64,000 bases of DNA from Myxococcota bacterium. Lineage in GTDB: Bacteria; Myxococcota_A; UBA9160; PR03. The stretch spans positions 1 through 64,000 of the forward strand of contig JBFIML010000006.1 in assembly GCA_041611735.1 (NCBI GenBank), in the 5' to 3' direction. The notes beneath the pieces were generated by a model. That model was not told where the DNA came from. It worked only from the letters and a program-made list of their open reading frames with translations, and made no database searches. Shown here piece by piece: positions 1 to 9,213 of this stretch (positions within the stretch are counted from its first letter, which is position 1; the number at the start of each line of letters is the position of its first letter). The position numbers and the translations under genes were made by a program.

Positions 1-114
1 GTAGCGGCCGCCGCCGGCGGCCCCCTCGGTGTAGGGCCAATCCGCGGGCGGCCCCCCCGCGGCGGAGCTGGCCGCGGCGAGCCCGAGCAGGGCGGCGGCG
101 AGACGGCGGACCAG
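1..114 (-). CDS. Partial (N-terminus only) secreted PQQ-dependent dehydrogenase / PQQ beta-propeller protein
   Basis: Manual minus-strand translation LVRRLAAALLGLAAASSAAGGPPADWPYTEGAAGGGRY: signal peptide followed by the DWP..G...G.RY(SPL) start typical of quinoprotein glucose dehydrogenases. Runs off the window; start codon uncertain (CTG after AAGAGGAG). Confidence 0.6.
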   Translation of the reverse strand, partial: MVRRLAAALLGLAAASSAAGGPPADWPYTEGAAGGGRY

Positions 115-292
115 CGGGCTCCTCTTTCGCCTTCCGGTGGCCGCAGCATGCCGGGCCGGCGTTCCCGAGGCCCCCCGGGCCGCCCACGCATCTCGCCCGG
201 CTTCCACGCCAGGAGCACTCCCGTCGCAGGGCCCCTGGCCACTGAGCCCCGCCGGCAGGTATCGTGTGCCGCGGCACCTCGGGAGGTCCCCC

Positions 293-1300
293 ATGGCCGA
301 CAACACCCAGATCCTGCTGGTGGAGCGTCCCACCGGGAAGCTCCAGGAATCCCATTTCGCGGTCCGCCACGCTCCGATGCCCGTTCCGGAGCCGGGCCAG
401 CTGCTGGTGCGCAGCATCCTGCTCTCCCAGGACGCCGCCAACCGGGCCTGGATGCAGGGCGCCACCTACAAGGACGCCGTCAATCCCGGCGACGTGATGC
501 ACGGCTACGCCGTGTGCGAGGTGGTGGAGTCCCGCTCGAAGGGCCACCAGCCCGGCGACTTGGTGCTGGGCGAGGCGGGCTGGCAGGAGTATGCGGCCCT
601 GGACGCGGCGGCCGTGCGGCGCGCCCCCGACCACCGCCCGCTCACTCATCTGCTCTCGGTGCTCGGCATCGCCGGCAAGACCGCCTACCACGGCCTCCTG
701 AACGTGGCAGGCATCGCGAGCGGCGAGACCCTCGTGGTCTCCGCTGCAGCGGGCTCGGTGGGTTCCCTGGTCGGCCAGATCGGGAAGATCCGGGGTGCCC
801 GGGTCGTCGGGGTGGCGGGCGGTCCCGCCAAGTGTGCCTGGGTGGTGGACGAGCTCGGCTTCGACGCCTGCATCGACTATAAGGGGGAGGACGTCTCCCA
901 GGCCCTCGCCCGGCACTCCCCGAGCGGGATCGACGTCTACTTCGACAACGTCGGGGGCCCCGTCCTCCAGGCGGCCCTGTTCGCCATGAACCTCCACGGG
1001 CGCATCGCCTGCTGCGGGGCCGTCTCCATGTACGACGGCGGTCCCTTGACCGGGCCCGTCGGCGTCCCGGGCCTGCTGGTGATCAAGCGGCTGCGCATGG
1101 AAGGTTTCATCGTGATGGACTTCGCGGACCGGGACGCCGAGGCGGAGCGCGACCTCGCGGCCTGGAGCGCCGACGGGCGCTTGAAGGTGGTGGAGGACGT
1201 GATCGAGGGCCTGGAGAACGCGCCGCGGGGCCTGATCGGGCTGCTTGCCGGCGAGAACCGCGGCAAGCGCATGATCCGCGTGGGTCCGGATCCGGCCTAG
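293..1300 (+). CDS. NADP-dependent oxidoreductase, MDR/prostaglandin reductase (CurA-like) family
   Basis: GGGAGG SD before ATG 293; motifs VVSAAAGSVGSLVGQIGKIRG, GIDVYFDNVGG, GLENAPRGLIGLLAGENRGK. Confidence 0.92.
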   Translation: MADNTQILLVERPTGKLQESHFAVRHAPMPVPEPGQLLVRSILLSQDAANRAWMQGATYKDAVNPGDVMHGYAVCEVVESRSKGHQPGDLVLGEAGWQEYAALDAAAVRRAPDHRPLTHLLSVLGIAGKTAYHGLLNVAGIASGETLVVSAAAGSVGSLVGQIGKIRGARVVGVAGGPAKCAWVVDELGFDACIDYKGEDVSQALARHSPSGIDVYFDNVGGPVLQAALFAMNLHGRIACCGAVSMYDGGPLTGPVGVPGLLVIKRLRMEGFIVMDFADRDAEAERDLAAWSADGRLKVVEDVIEGLENAPRGLIGLLAGENRGKRMIRVGPDPA

Positions 1301-1304
1301 TGTC

Positions 1305-2168
1305 CTAGCGGGCCGGCTTCGGCTCGAAGCCCGGGACCCACGCCTCGAACTGCGGGAGCTCGTCCTGGATCAGCCACCAGGGCGCCTTCGAGCCGGTCCA
1401 GATGTGGAGGGCCGGGCGGACGCCGGGATCGTGGTCGAGCGTCCCGGCGGCGATGGCGATGCTCCCGAAGTCCGGCTCGTCGACGGGGACCGGCGAGCCG
1501 CAGGTCCGGCAGAAGCCCCACGGCACCCCCCGGGCGCTGCGATAGATCCCGACCTGGTCCGCTCCCCGGGTCGAGCGGAACTCCTCCGGCCGCGCGTGAG
1601 CGATGGTGCTGAAGGCGCTGCCGTGCCGTTTGCGGCACATGGAGCAGTGGCAGCAGCTGAGCAGCGCGATCCGCTCCGCCTCGAAGCCGACCGCTCCGCA
1701 CAGGCAGCTTCCCCGCACCGCGCCGGAGCCCGGCCCGGGCCGGGTCTGCTCCACGGGGCCCGCGTCCTCCGGCTCCTGGCCGGGCACCCAGGCCTCGAAG
1801 CGGGGCAGGGCGTCGCGGATCTCCCACCAGGCTGCCTTCGAGCCGGTCCAGATGTGCAGGCAGGGCCGCACGCCGGGGTCGTCATCGAGCGTCCCGGCCG
1901 GGATGGGAATGTTGCGCGTGCGGCCCGCCGTGGCCGGAACGCTCCCGCCGCACCGGCTGCAGGAGCTCCAGCTCGCCCGGCGCGTGAGGAAGGTGCGCAC
2001 CAGGTCCTCGCCCCCGGTGAAGCGGAACTGCTCCGGGCGGGCGTGCGCGTAGGTGCCGAAGGCGGTCCCGCGCGCCTTGCGGCACATGGAGCAATGGCAG
2101 TGCATCATCAGCGGGATCTCGTCCGCCTCGAAGCGGATGCTCCCGCACAGGCAGCTCCCGTGGACCAT
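1305..2168 (-). CDS. GFA (glutathione-dependent formaldehyde-activating/CENP-V) family protein with two tandem domains
   Basis: Two copies of GSCLCG...CHCSMCRK...CxxCG...GTLD.DPGVRP.LHIWTGSKA.WW; start MVHGSCLCG at 2168 behind GGAGAAG. Confidence 0.9.
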   Translation of the reverse strand: MVHGSCLCGSIRFEADEIPLMMHCHCSMCRKARGTAFGTYAHARPEQFRFTGGEDLVRTFLTRRASWSSCSRCGGSVPATAGRTRNIPIPAGTLDDDPGVRPCLHIWTGSKAAWWEIRDALPRFEAWVPGQEPEDAGPVEQTRPGPGSGAVRGSCLCGAVGFEAERIALLSCCHCSMCRKRHGSAFSTIAHARPEEFRSTRGADQVGIYRSARGVPWGFCRTCGSPVPVDEPDFGSIAIAAGTLDHDPGVRPALHIWTGSKAPWWLIQDELPQFEAWVPGFEPKPAR

Positions 2169-2346
2169 GGCTGCTTCTCCTCGCTCCGGGCCGAAGGCCC
2201 TCTGGAAGGCCGGTGGTTCCGAGCGGCGCGCCCGGCAGGCGGAGCATTCGGATGGCCGTCGCCGAGCCGGCGGGTCCGCTTCGCGACCTGGAGCGTACCG
2301 CCGAGCATGCCGTCGGCTCCTGGATCCCCTGCGCGGGGCGTCCGAG

Positions 2347-2946
2347 CTACTGGCCCTCCACACCGCGGCCGCCGCGAACGCACCACACGTTGAGCGCCGC
2401 GTCCTTGGGGAAGCCGCCCAGGAAGCCATCGTTGCGCACGTCCTGGGTCCAGGCCGTGTCGGTGTCGGGAACCGTGGTGGCCGACCACACGTCGCCGCTC
2501 AAGTTCGCGAGATTGAACGGATGACCCACAGGCAAGGGCGGACTCCCCTGGGTCCGGTCCACGAGCGTCGTGACCTCCTCCATCTGCGGCATCCTCCAAC
2601 CGCCCCGTCCCCCGATCTGGGAGTTCAGGCATGCGCTCATGGCCGTCACCCAGGCGCGCCGGGTGGCGTCTGGTGTCCGTTGCCAGACGAGCTGGGTCTC
2701 GAGATCCAGGACGGCCTCTGCGCCGAAGCTCTCGAGCACCACGAAACGCGCGGTGGCGTCCTCGATCTTCCGCGACCAGGCCCGCAGCACCGTGCCGTCC
2801 AGGGCGGCGATCTGATTCTGGAGACCCTGGAACGGGGGGCCCTTGGGCTCGGCGGCCTGCGCGTCCTGGGTGGGACCGACACCGAGCGCCAGGATCAGCG
2901 CCAGCGGCGCCATGCGACGGAACGGCGTTCGACGGGGTCGAGTCAT
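2347..2946 (-). CDS. Secreted DUF1566 (Lcl C-terminal) domain protein
   Basis: GGAGGA SD, signal peptide, VLDLETQLVW, AMSAC, GWRMPQMEE, VWSATT, terminal VWCVRGG. Confidence 0.85.
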   Translation of the reverse strand: MTRPRRTPFRRMAPLALILALGVGPTQDAQAAEPKGPPFQGLQNQIAALDGTVLRAWSRKIEDATARFVVLESFGAEAVLDLETQLVWQRTPDATRRAWVTAMSACLNSQIGGRGGWRMPQMEEVTTLVDRTQGSPPLPVGHPFNLANLSGDVWSATTVPDTDTAWTQDVRNDGFLGGFPKDAALNVWCVRGGRGVEGQ

Positions 2947-3164
2947 GATGATCCTCCTTCGAAGACGATTCGTGCTCGGCAGTCTCGCGCGATCTCCCGC
3001 CATTCTGCACTCCGAGGCCCGCTGCGGGTCAAGTCCCAATCCCCCGGCAGCTCCGAAGCCGCACGGGATGGCGCGACACCCCTCCGAGGGCGCGGCGGCG
3101 GGCGTGAGCCGGGTCACGCGGCCCGCGCTCCGGTGGGGCGATCCCTCCGGCGGAGGGACGTCCC

Positions 3165-3896
3165 ATGCCTGTGCCCACGGATGTCCTGGTCCTCGATGGC
3201 GGCGCCGGGTCCTTGGAGGGGCTGGCCAAGCTCTTGCGGCGGCTCCGCTACCGGACGGTCTGGGCCAAGACCGGGGAGGCGGCCCACGCGGCGCTCCTGG
3301 ATCCGCGCCAGACGATCGGGGTCGCCGTGATCCCCCCGGATCTCCCGACCCTGGACCTCGGGGGCGCGCTCCGCGCCCTGCGATCCCTGGCCATCGACCG
3401 GAGGCTCGCGTTCCTCGTCACCGGCGAGCGGCCCGACGGGGAGCAGCGGCAACGGCTTCGAGCGGCGGGGGTCGAGCTCGCGCTGTGGAATCCGGTGGAT
3501 CCGCACGCGTTGCGCTTCCAGATCAACCGCGCGTTGGCCGGGGGGACCGTGGTGCGGGGAGATCGACGGGCGCTACGCGCGCCTGCCGACTGGCCGGCGC
3601 GCGTGCGGGCGTCCGGCCGCGTGCGGGAGGCGCGGCTCTATTCGATTTCGGCCTCGGGCGCCTATCTCCTGACCCCGACCCCCTGCCTGCGCAAGAGCCC
3701 CCTCGAGCTCGCACTCTCGCTCCCGTCCGGAGCCGCGACGCTGGCGGCTCGTGTCGCCATGACCAACGTGCCTGGCAACCTGCTGCGCCGGAACCTCCCG
3801 GTCGGCATGGGCGTGAGCTTCGAAGCCGCGCCCCGGGAGATCGCAACGGCGCTCCAGCACTACGTCGAGGACCGCTACCGCGCTCTCAGTCTCTGA
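3165..3896 (+). CDS. Degenerate receiver-like domain + PilZ domain protein
   Basis: N-terminal REC-like beta/alpha pattern; C-terminal DRRALR (RxxxR), SISASGAYL and GMGVSF PilZ features. Confidence 0.75.
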   Translation: MPVPTDVLVLDGGAGSLEGLAKLLRRLRYRTVWAKTGEAAHAALLDPRQTIGVAVIPPDLPTLDLGGALRALRSLAIDRRLAFLVTGERPDGEQRQRLRAAGVELALWNPVDPHALRFQINRALAGGTVVRGDRRALRAPADWPARVRASGRVREARLYSISASGAYLLTPTPCLRKSPLELALSLPSGAATLAARVAMTNVPGNLLRRNLPVGMGVSFEAAPREIATALQHYVEDRYRALSL

Positions 3897-3980
3897 AGGG
3901 GCGCTCCTCCCGTGGCCGAGCCCCGGCTCCTACCGTAAGATGAGCCGGCTCGCCCCGTCGCCGCTCCCCTCGTTGCCGGA

Positions 3981-5807
3981 GTGGAGGAGGCGCCCATCCG
4001 AACGGCTTCCACATCCGCGCGGTGGGCGTCGACCGCGAGGCTGGGGGGGCCGGCCCTGGTCGTCGGCACCGCCGTGGCGATGCTGGCGTGGACCTGGGAG
4101 ACCTGGCCGGACCCCCTGGTGGACTTCGGCCGGGAGCTCTACGTCGCCTGGCGCATCGCCGAGGGCGAGGTCCTCTACCGGGACCTCGGCTACTTCAACG
4201 GTCCCCTGTCTCCCTACCTGAACGGCGCCTGGATGGCGCTGGTCGGCCCGGGAATACGCTGGATCGTCCTGCTGAACCTGCTGGTGGCCATCGCGACCGG
4301 CGTCCTGCTCCACACGCTCCTGGTGCGCATCGCCGGCCGCGGCGCGGCCACGCTGGCGCTGCTGGTCTACGTGCTCCTGTTCACGTCGATCCAGCTCCTG
4401 ACGGTGGCCAACTACAACTTCCTGGCCCCCTACTCCCACGAGATGACCCACGGGCTCGCCCTGTGCCTGCTGGCCCTGGGGGCGATCGCGCGTCACCGGG
4501 CCACGGGCGGGCGGCGCTGGATCGGAGTGGCCGGCCTGGCCCTGGGGCTCGCCTTCCTCACCAAGGCGGAGATCTTCGTGGCCGGGGCCGCCGGCACCGG
4601 ACTGGCGCTATGGTTCACCCTGGCAGAGCGGGCGCGGAGTGTCGGGCCGAGCCGGGCGGCCGGGCTCGGGCTCCTCTTCGGCGCGGCCGCCGCCCTGCCG
4701 GTCGCCCTGGCGGGGCTCGCCCTCTCGATCCGGATGCCGGCGCACCAGGCGGTTCACGCCGTCCTCGGGGCGTGGCCCCACGTGCTCCAGCGCGACGTCC
4801 TCGGCCTCGACTTCTACCGGCGCCACGTGGGTCTCACGCACCCGGGCGAGAACCTGACCTGGATGCTGCAGGGGTTCGGCGTCTACCTCGCGGCCGTCGG
4901 CCTCCTGCTCGGAATCGCACACGGAGTCGGCCGCCTGCGCCTTCCGGCGCCCGGGGTCGCGGCTGGCGCCTTCGTGCTGGCCGCCGCTGCGGCGTGGGTC
5001 GGGCTCGGGCGCGACGTCCTGCTGGGGGTGGGCCGGCCCCTGCCCCTGGTGGTGGCGGCGATCGGCCTCGGCGTGGGAGCTGCGTGGTGGCGTCTACCCC
5101 GGGCGCACCCCCGCCGATCCGGCGTGGAGCTCGCTCTGGCACTCTGCGCCTTTTCCCTGCTGCTGCTCGGCAAGATGATGCTCAACGCGCGGATCTTCCA
5201 CTACGGGTTCGTGCTCGCCCTGCCCGCGACGCTGCTCACCGTGGCGGCGCTGTGGGACTGGCTTCCCCGGGTGGCCGTCCACCCTCCGGCGCGCCGGCTG
5301 GCATGGCGCGCCGGGCTGCTCGGAGTGATCGCCGTCGTCGTCGGGGTGCACCTGCAGGTCGCCGCCCTGCGCAAGGCGCCGCGCAGCGTCCCGGTCGGCC
5401 GGGGCCCGGACCGCTTCCTGACCGACCCCGGGAGCGCGCGCCTCGTCGGGGAGGTGGCCGAGACCGTGCAGGCCCGCCTCGGGGGCGACGCCAGCGTGGC
5501 GATCCTGCCCCAGGGCGCGATGCTCAACTATCTCATGCGTCGAACCAATCCGACGGGGTTCGTGCAGATCCTCCCGCCCGAGGTGCGCCTGTTCGGAGAG
5601 GACCACATCCTCGCTGCCTTCCGGGCCAGGCCCCCGGACGCCATCGTATGGATCGAGATGGACCTCTCGAGCTTCGGCACCGGGCAGTTCGGGCAGGGAT
5701 ACGCCCGGGAGCTCGGCAGGTGGCTGGAGTCCCGTTACCGGCCGGCGGCCCGGATCCGCAGCCGGCAGCCCCGGGCGTGGTTGTGGCTCCCGGTTCCGGT
5801 GGAGTGA
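3981..5807 (+). CDS. Polytopic membrane glycosyltransferase, GT-C/ArnT-PMT-like
   Basis: DFGRELYVAWRIAEGEVLYRD...GPLSPY loop, many TM helices, LAFLTK.E motif, soluble C-terminal domain. Confidence 0.7.
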   Translation: MEEAPIRTASTSARWASTARLGGPALVVGTAVAMLAWTWETWPDPLVDFGRELYVAWRIAEGEVLYRDLGYFNGPLSPYLNGAWMALVGPGIRWIVLLNLLVAIATGVLLHTLLVRIAGRGAATLALLVYVLLFTSIQLLTVANYNFLAPYSHEMTHGLALCLLALGAIARHRATGGRRWIGVAGLALGLAFLTKAEIFVAGAAGTGLALWFTLAERARSVGPSRAAGLGLLFGAAAALPVALAGLALSIRMPAHQAVHAVLGAWPHVLQRDVLGLDFYRRHVGLTHPGENLTWMLQGFGVYLAAVGLLLGIAHGVGRLRLPAPGVAAGAFVLAAAAAWVGLGRDVLLGVGRPLPLVVAAIGLGVGAAWWRLPRAHPRRSGVELALALCAFSLLLLGKMMLNARIFHYGFVLALPATLLTVAALWDWLPRVAVHPPARRLAWRAGLLGVIAVVVGVHLQVAALRKAPRSVPVGRGPDRFLTDPGSARLVGEVAETVQARLGGDASVAILPQGAMLNYLMRRTNPTGFVQILPPEVRLFGEDHILAAFRARPPDAIVWIEMDLSSFGTGQFGQGYARELGRWLESRYRPAARIRSRQPRAWLWLPVPVE

Positions 5808-5814
5808 GGTCGGG

Positions 5815-7557
5815 CTACTCGGACCCCTCCGGCAGCGGTCGGGTGGCACCCGGCCCGGCGGCGCGGCGTGCCTCCCGCTCCGCGTGGTGCCGCAACCCGA
5901 CGCGTCGATAGATGCGGGCCAGCCGTCGGTGGGCGTCGGCGTCGCCCGTCACGTCGTAGACGTGGATGGAGTGGCCGATCCGGGCGATCGGCTTCCGGGA
6001 GCGCAGCCAGGCATACAGCTCCCGATCCGGCAGGAAGATGCCCTGCAGGTTGCTGACGCTCACGGCCAGCCACTCGCGCCGGATGTCCGCCGGCAGGAGC
6101 TCCGCGGAGGGATCCTGGAGCGGCTCGAAGAAGCCGGGGAGGTGCTGATAGCGCAGGCCCCAGCTCCGCGGTGGCGCCGTCCCGAAGTAGGACAGGTAGA
6201 CCCCGGGCACCCCCTCCCGGGCCAGGAACTCCCGCAGGTTCTTCAGGTCCTGGCCCCAGTCCAGGTTCGAATCGCCCAGCAGCGCGGGTCCGTTGGCCGG
6301 GCCGCCGGCCAGGACGTTGAAGAAGGCGAGCTGGTGGGGCGCCACGCGCAGGGAGGCGCCGATGGAGAGCCCGAGGGCGAGGGCGATGGATGCCGCGTGG
6401 GCCATGCGTTGTCCGGCGCCCACGGGGCGCAGGGTGGCCAGGCAGGAGCAGGCGACCCAGACGAAGGGGTAGACCGGGAGCAGGTAGCGGATGCCCACGT
6501 TCACCCGCGAGACGACCATCGCCGCGAAGTAGAGCCCCGCCGGCAGGGCCAGGAAGAGCAGCGAGCGGCGCCGGAAGCGCGCCCCGAAGCCGAACAGCAG
6601 CCCGGAGAGCACCAGCAGGAGCAGCGTTCCGTCGGGTGTCTTGAGCGCGAAGGCGATCGGGAAGTACAGCCACCACCCCCCCGTGCGGATCTCGCCCAGC
6701 AGGAAGGCGGGAGTCTCGGGCCGCCCGAAGAGCCGGGTGAATCCCGTGTACCAGGCTGGCAGGCCGTAGCCGAAGTAGAAGATCGACACGGTGACGACGG
6801 CGACCAGCAGGATGGCGAGGAGTGTGAGCGCGGCGGACCGGAAACGGCGCAGGCTCCGCCAGGCGCCGGGGCCACTCGACTCGTCCAGCAGCAGTGCGAG
6901 ACCCAGCGCGGCGGGCAGGGCCAGCGCGGTGTACTTGGAGGCCAGGGCGCAGCCGGTCGCGACCCCCACGGCCAGCCGCCGCCCGGGGGACGGCGCCCGC
7001 GCGTACTCCCAGGCCAGGTAGCAGGCCGCGAAGTAGAACGAAGCCAGAGCCAGATCGGGCGTGATCACGGAGGCGTGGGCCACCAGGGTCGGATCGAAGG
7101 CGGCCAGGGTCAGGGCCAGCAGGCCGGCCCCCGGGCCCCACAGGCGGGCGGCCCACCAGCCGACCAAGGCGACGAGCGCCAGGCCGAGCAGCAGGTTGGG
7201 CAGTCTCCCCAGGAACAGCGCCCGCTCCGGGGACGTCGCGCCTCCGTACAGGAAGTCCCGTCCCACCACGAAGTCCTTGGCCGCTTCCCAGAGTGCCGGG
7301 GTGGGCTCGAAGCTCGGCCGATCGAGCACGTAGAGGGGCAGGGCCGCGAGCAGCTTGGAGAGCGGCGGATGTCCGGGGTTGAGACGGAAGTCGCCGGTCG
7401 CCAGATAGGAGTAGCCGGCCGTGAGGTGCACCGCCTCGTCGAAGGTCTGGGAGTTGGCGCGCAGGAAGGCGAGGCCCTGGAGCAGGAACGCGGCCAGCAG
7501 GGCGACTACCAGGACGACGCGGAGCGGGGTGCGGAGGGCGCTCGGGTCCGCGGGCAT
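5815..7557 (-). CDS. Glycosyltransferase family 39 (ArnT/PMT-like) membrane protein
   Basis: TFDEAVHL..G, HPPLSK, ALASKYT, GIRYLLP, LGDSNLDWGQDL. Confidence 0.88.
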   Translation of the reverse strand: MPADPSALRTPLRVVLVVALLAAFLLQGLAFLRANSQTFDEAVHLTAGYSYLATGDFRLNPGHPPLSKLLAALPLYVLDRPSFEPTPALWEAAKDFVVGRDFLYGGATSPERALFLGRLPNLLLGLALVALVGWWAARLWGPGAGLLALTLAAFDPTLVAHASVITPDLALASFYFAACYLAWEYARAPSPGRRLAVGVATGCALASKYTALALPAALGLALLLDESSGPGAWRSLRRFRSAALTLLAILLVAVVTVSIFYFGYGLPAWYTGFTRLFGRPETPAFLLGEIRTGGWWLYFPIAFALKTPDGTLLLLVLSGLLFGFGARFRRRSLLFLALPAGLYFAAMVVSRVNVGIRYLLPVYPFVWVACSCLATLRPVGAGQRMAHAASIALALGLSIGASLRVAPHQLAFFNVLAGGPANGPALLGDSNLDWGQDLKNLREFLAREGVPGVYLSYFGTAPPRSWGLRYQHLPGFFEPLQDPSAELLPADIRREWLAVSVSNLQGIFLPDRELYAWLRSRKPIARIGHSIHVYDVTGDADAHRRLARIYRRVGLRHHAEREARRAAGPGATRPLPEGSE

Positions 7558-7573
7558 GGACCGATCGGGGGCC

Positions 7574-8293
7574 CTAGCCGCGGGGACGGTCCGGCTTCTC
7601 GGGGGGCGCGGGCGGATCCCAGATGCCGGGGCCTGCGGTCTGCCCCGTGGCGGCGGCGAGAAGGGTCAGGATCACCACGTCCTCGCTGGCGCCCGTCACG
7701 TGGGCAGCGGTGCGGATCGTCGCGCGGAGAGAGGCCGCGGTGCCGCCCAGGTCGAGCTTCCAGGCGCCTCCCTCGCGGGCGAAGGCCGCGCGCAGGCCGG
7801 CCGGAAGCGGTCCCGCGCGCAGGGGGGCCGAGGCCCGCACGCCGTCCACTTCCACCGGACCGAGCGTCGCGGCGCGTACCTGGCTCGGGTCGAGCCCTCC
7901 CGAGGCCACCGCACCCGCCAGGACCTCACGCGACTTCCCCTCCCGGCGCAGCAGCGAAGCCCCGCGGTGACGCAAGGCCAGCACCACGAGCCGCTCCTCG
8001 GCGGCCAGGGCCGCGAGCTCCCCGCGCGAGGCGCCGAGCGCCCGCTGCCGGGCGTCGGCGAACCAGACGAAGGAGCGGTCGGTCAGGAGCCCGGCCGCCG
8101 CCTCCCCGTCACCCCGGGCGAGGGCCTCGCGCAGGCGCTCGAAGCTCTGCTGCACCCGCGGCGTCTCGTTGGGAACCGATGCGCCGGTGCCGGCGAATGC
8201 CGCCACGAAGGCGATCCAGGCCACCCCCGCCGGCCTCGCAAGATCGCAAACCCGGAAACTGGAGCGCACCTTCGACCCCCCTCGCGATGCCAC
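7574..8293 (-). CDS. Hypothetical exported protein (NTF2-like hallmark end EGGAWKLD)
   Basis: Hydrophobic N-terminal stretch, ALARGDGEAA...FAREGGAWKLDL; start chosen at GTG 8293. Confidence 0.55.
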   Translation of the reverse strand: MASRGGSKVRSSFRVCDLARPAGVAWIAFVAAFAGTGASVPNETPRVQQSFERLREALARGDGEAAAGLLTDRSFVWFADARQRALGASRGELAALAAEERLVVLALRHRGASLLRREGKSREVLAGAVASGGLDPSQVRAATLGPVEVDGVRASAPLRAGPLPAGLRAAFAREGGAWKLDLGGTAASLRATIRTAAHVTGASEDVVILTLLAAATGQTAGPGIWDPPAPPEKPDRPRG

Positions 8294-8419
8294 TCGGGAG
8301 GACGATAGCAGACCCGGCGCAAGCCTCGTCGCGCGCCCCGCCACGGCTTCGGTCCCGTCGACGCCCGGACGACCGACCGCGTCGGGGGCCCGGCCCCGAC
8401 GAGATCCGAGCGCCTCCGT

Positions 8420-9196
8420 TCAGCGCATCAGCTCGCCGGCGTTCACCAGCAGCGTCTGGCCGGTGATCATGCGCGCGCGGTCGGACGCCAGGAACACCAC
8501 CGCCTGGGCGACGTCCTCGTCGGCAGTGATCTCCCCGAGCGGCAGGTTGCGCGTGATGCCGGCGACGATCTCCTGCTGGGCGACGCCGCGCTGCTTCGCC
8601 AGCATCCGGACGTACCCCTCCACGGGCGGCCCCCACATCCAGCTCGGCACCACCATGTTGACGCGGATCCGATCGGGGCCGAGCTCCTTGGCGAGGTAGT
8701 AGAGGCTCGAGAGGAGCGCTCCCTTGGAGGCCGCGTACCCCATCTGCGGCAGCTGCGGCAGGTACATGGACTGGGATCCGATCAGCACGATCGCGCCGCC
8801 GCCGCGTCGCTGCAGGGCCCGTGTGGCCGGCCGCAGGATCCGCAGGGTCCCGAGCACGTTGGTCTCGAAGGCGCGCCGCCAGCTCTCCAGCTCCATCTCG
8901 TGCAGGCCGCCGAACACGCTTTCGAAGGCGGCCACCTGTACCATGGCATCGAGCCCCCCGAAGCGCTTCTCGGCCTCGGCGACGATCCGGTCGCAGTCCT
9001 CGCTCTGCGTGATGTCCGTCCGCACCACGGCCGTGCGCTCGCCGGACGGATCGGCTTCCTGGGCGACTGCGGCGAGCTGGGACTCCGTGCGCGCGCCCAG
9101 CACCACGTTGGCCCCGTCGCGCACGCACTGGCAGGCCACCTCGCGGCCCAGGCCGCTCCCGACACCCGTCACGAGGACCGTCTTGCCGTGGAGCAC
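8420..9196 (-). CDS. SDR family oxidoreductase
   Basis: TGVGSGLG Rossmann motif, YAASK catalytic motif, ITGQTLLVNAG. Confidence 0.93.
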   Translation of the reverse strand: MLHGKTVLVTGVGSGLGREVACQCVRDGANVVLGARTESQLAAVAQEADPSGERTAVVRTDITQSEDCDRIVAEAEKRFGGLDAMVQVAAFESVFGGLHEMELESWRRAFETNVLGTLRILRPATRALQRRGGGAIVLIGSQSMYLPQLPQMGYAASKGALLSSLYYLAKELGPDRIRVNMVVPSWMWGPPVEGYVRMLAKQRGVAQQEIVAGITRNLPLGEITADEDVAQAVVFLASDRARMITGQTLLVNAGELMR

Positions 9197-9213
9197 GACC
9201 GCCTCCCGTCCGC

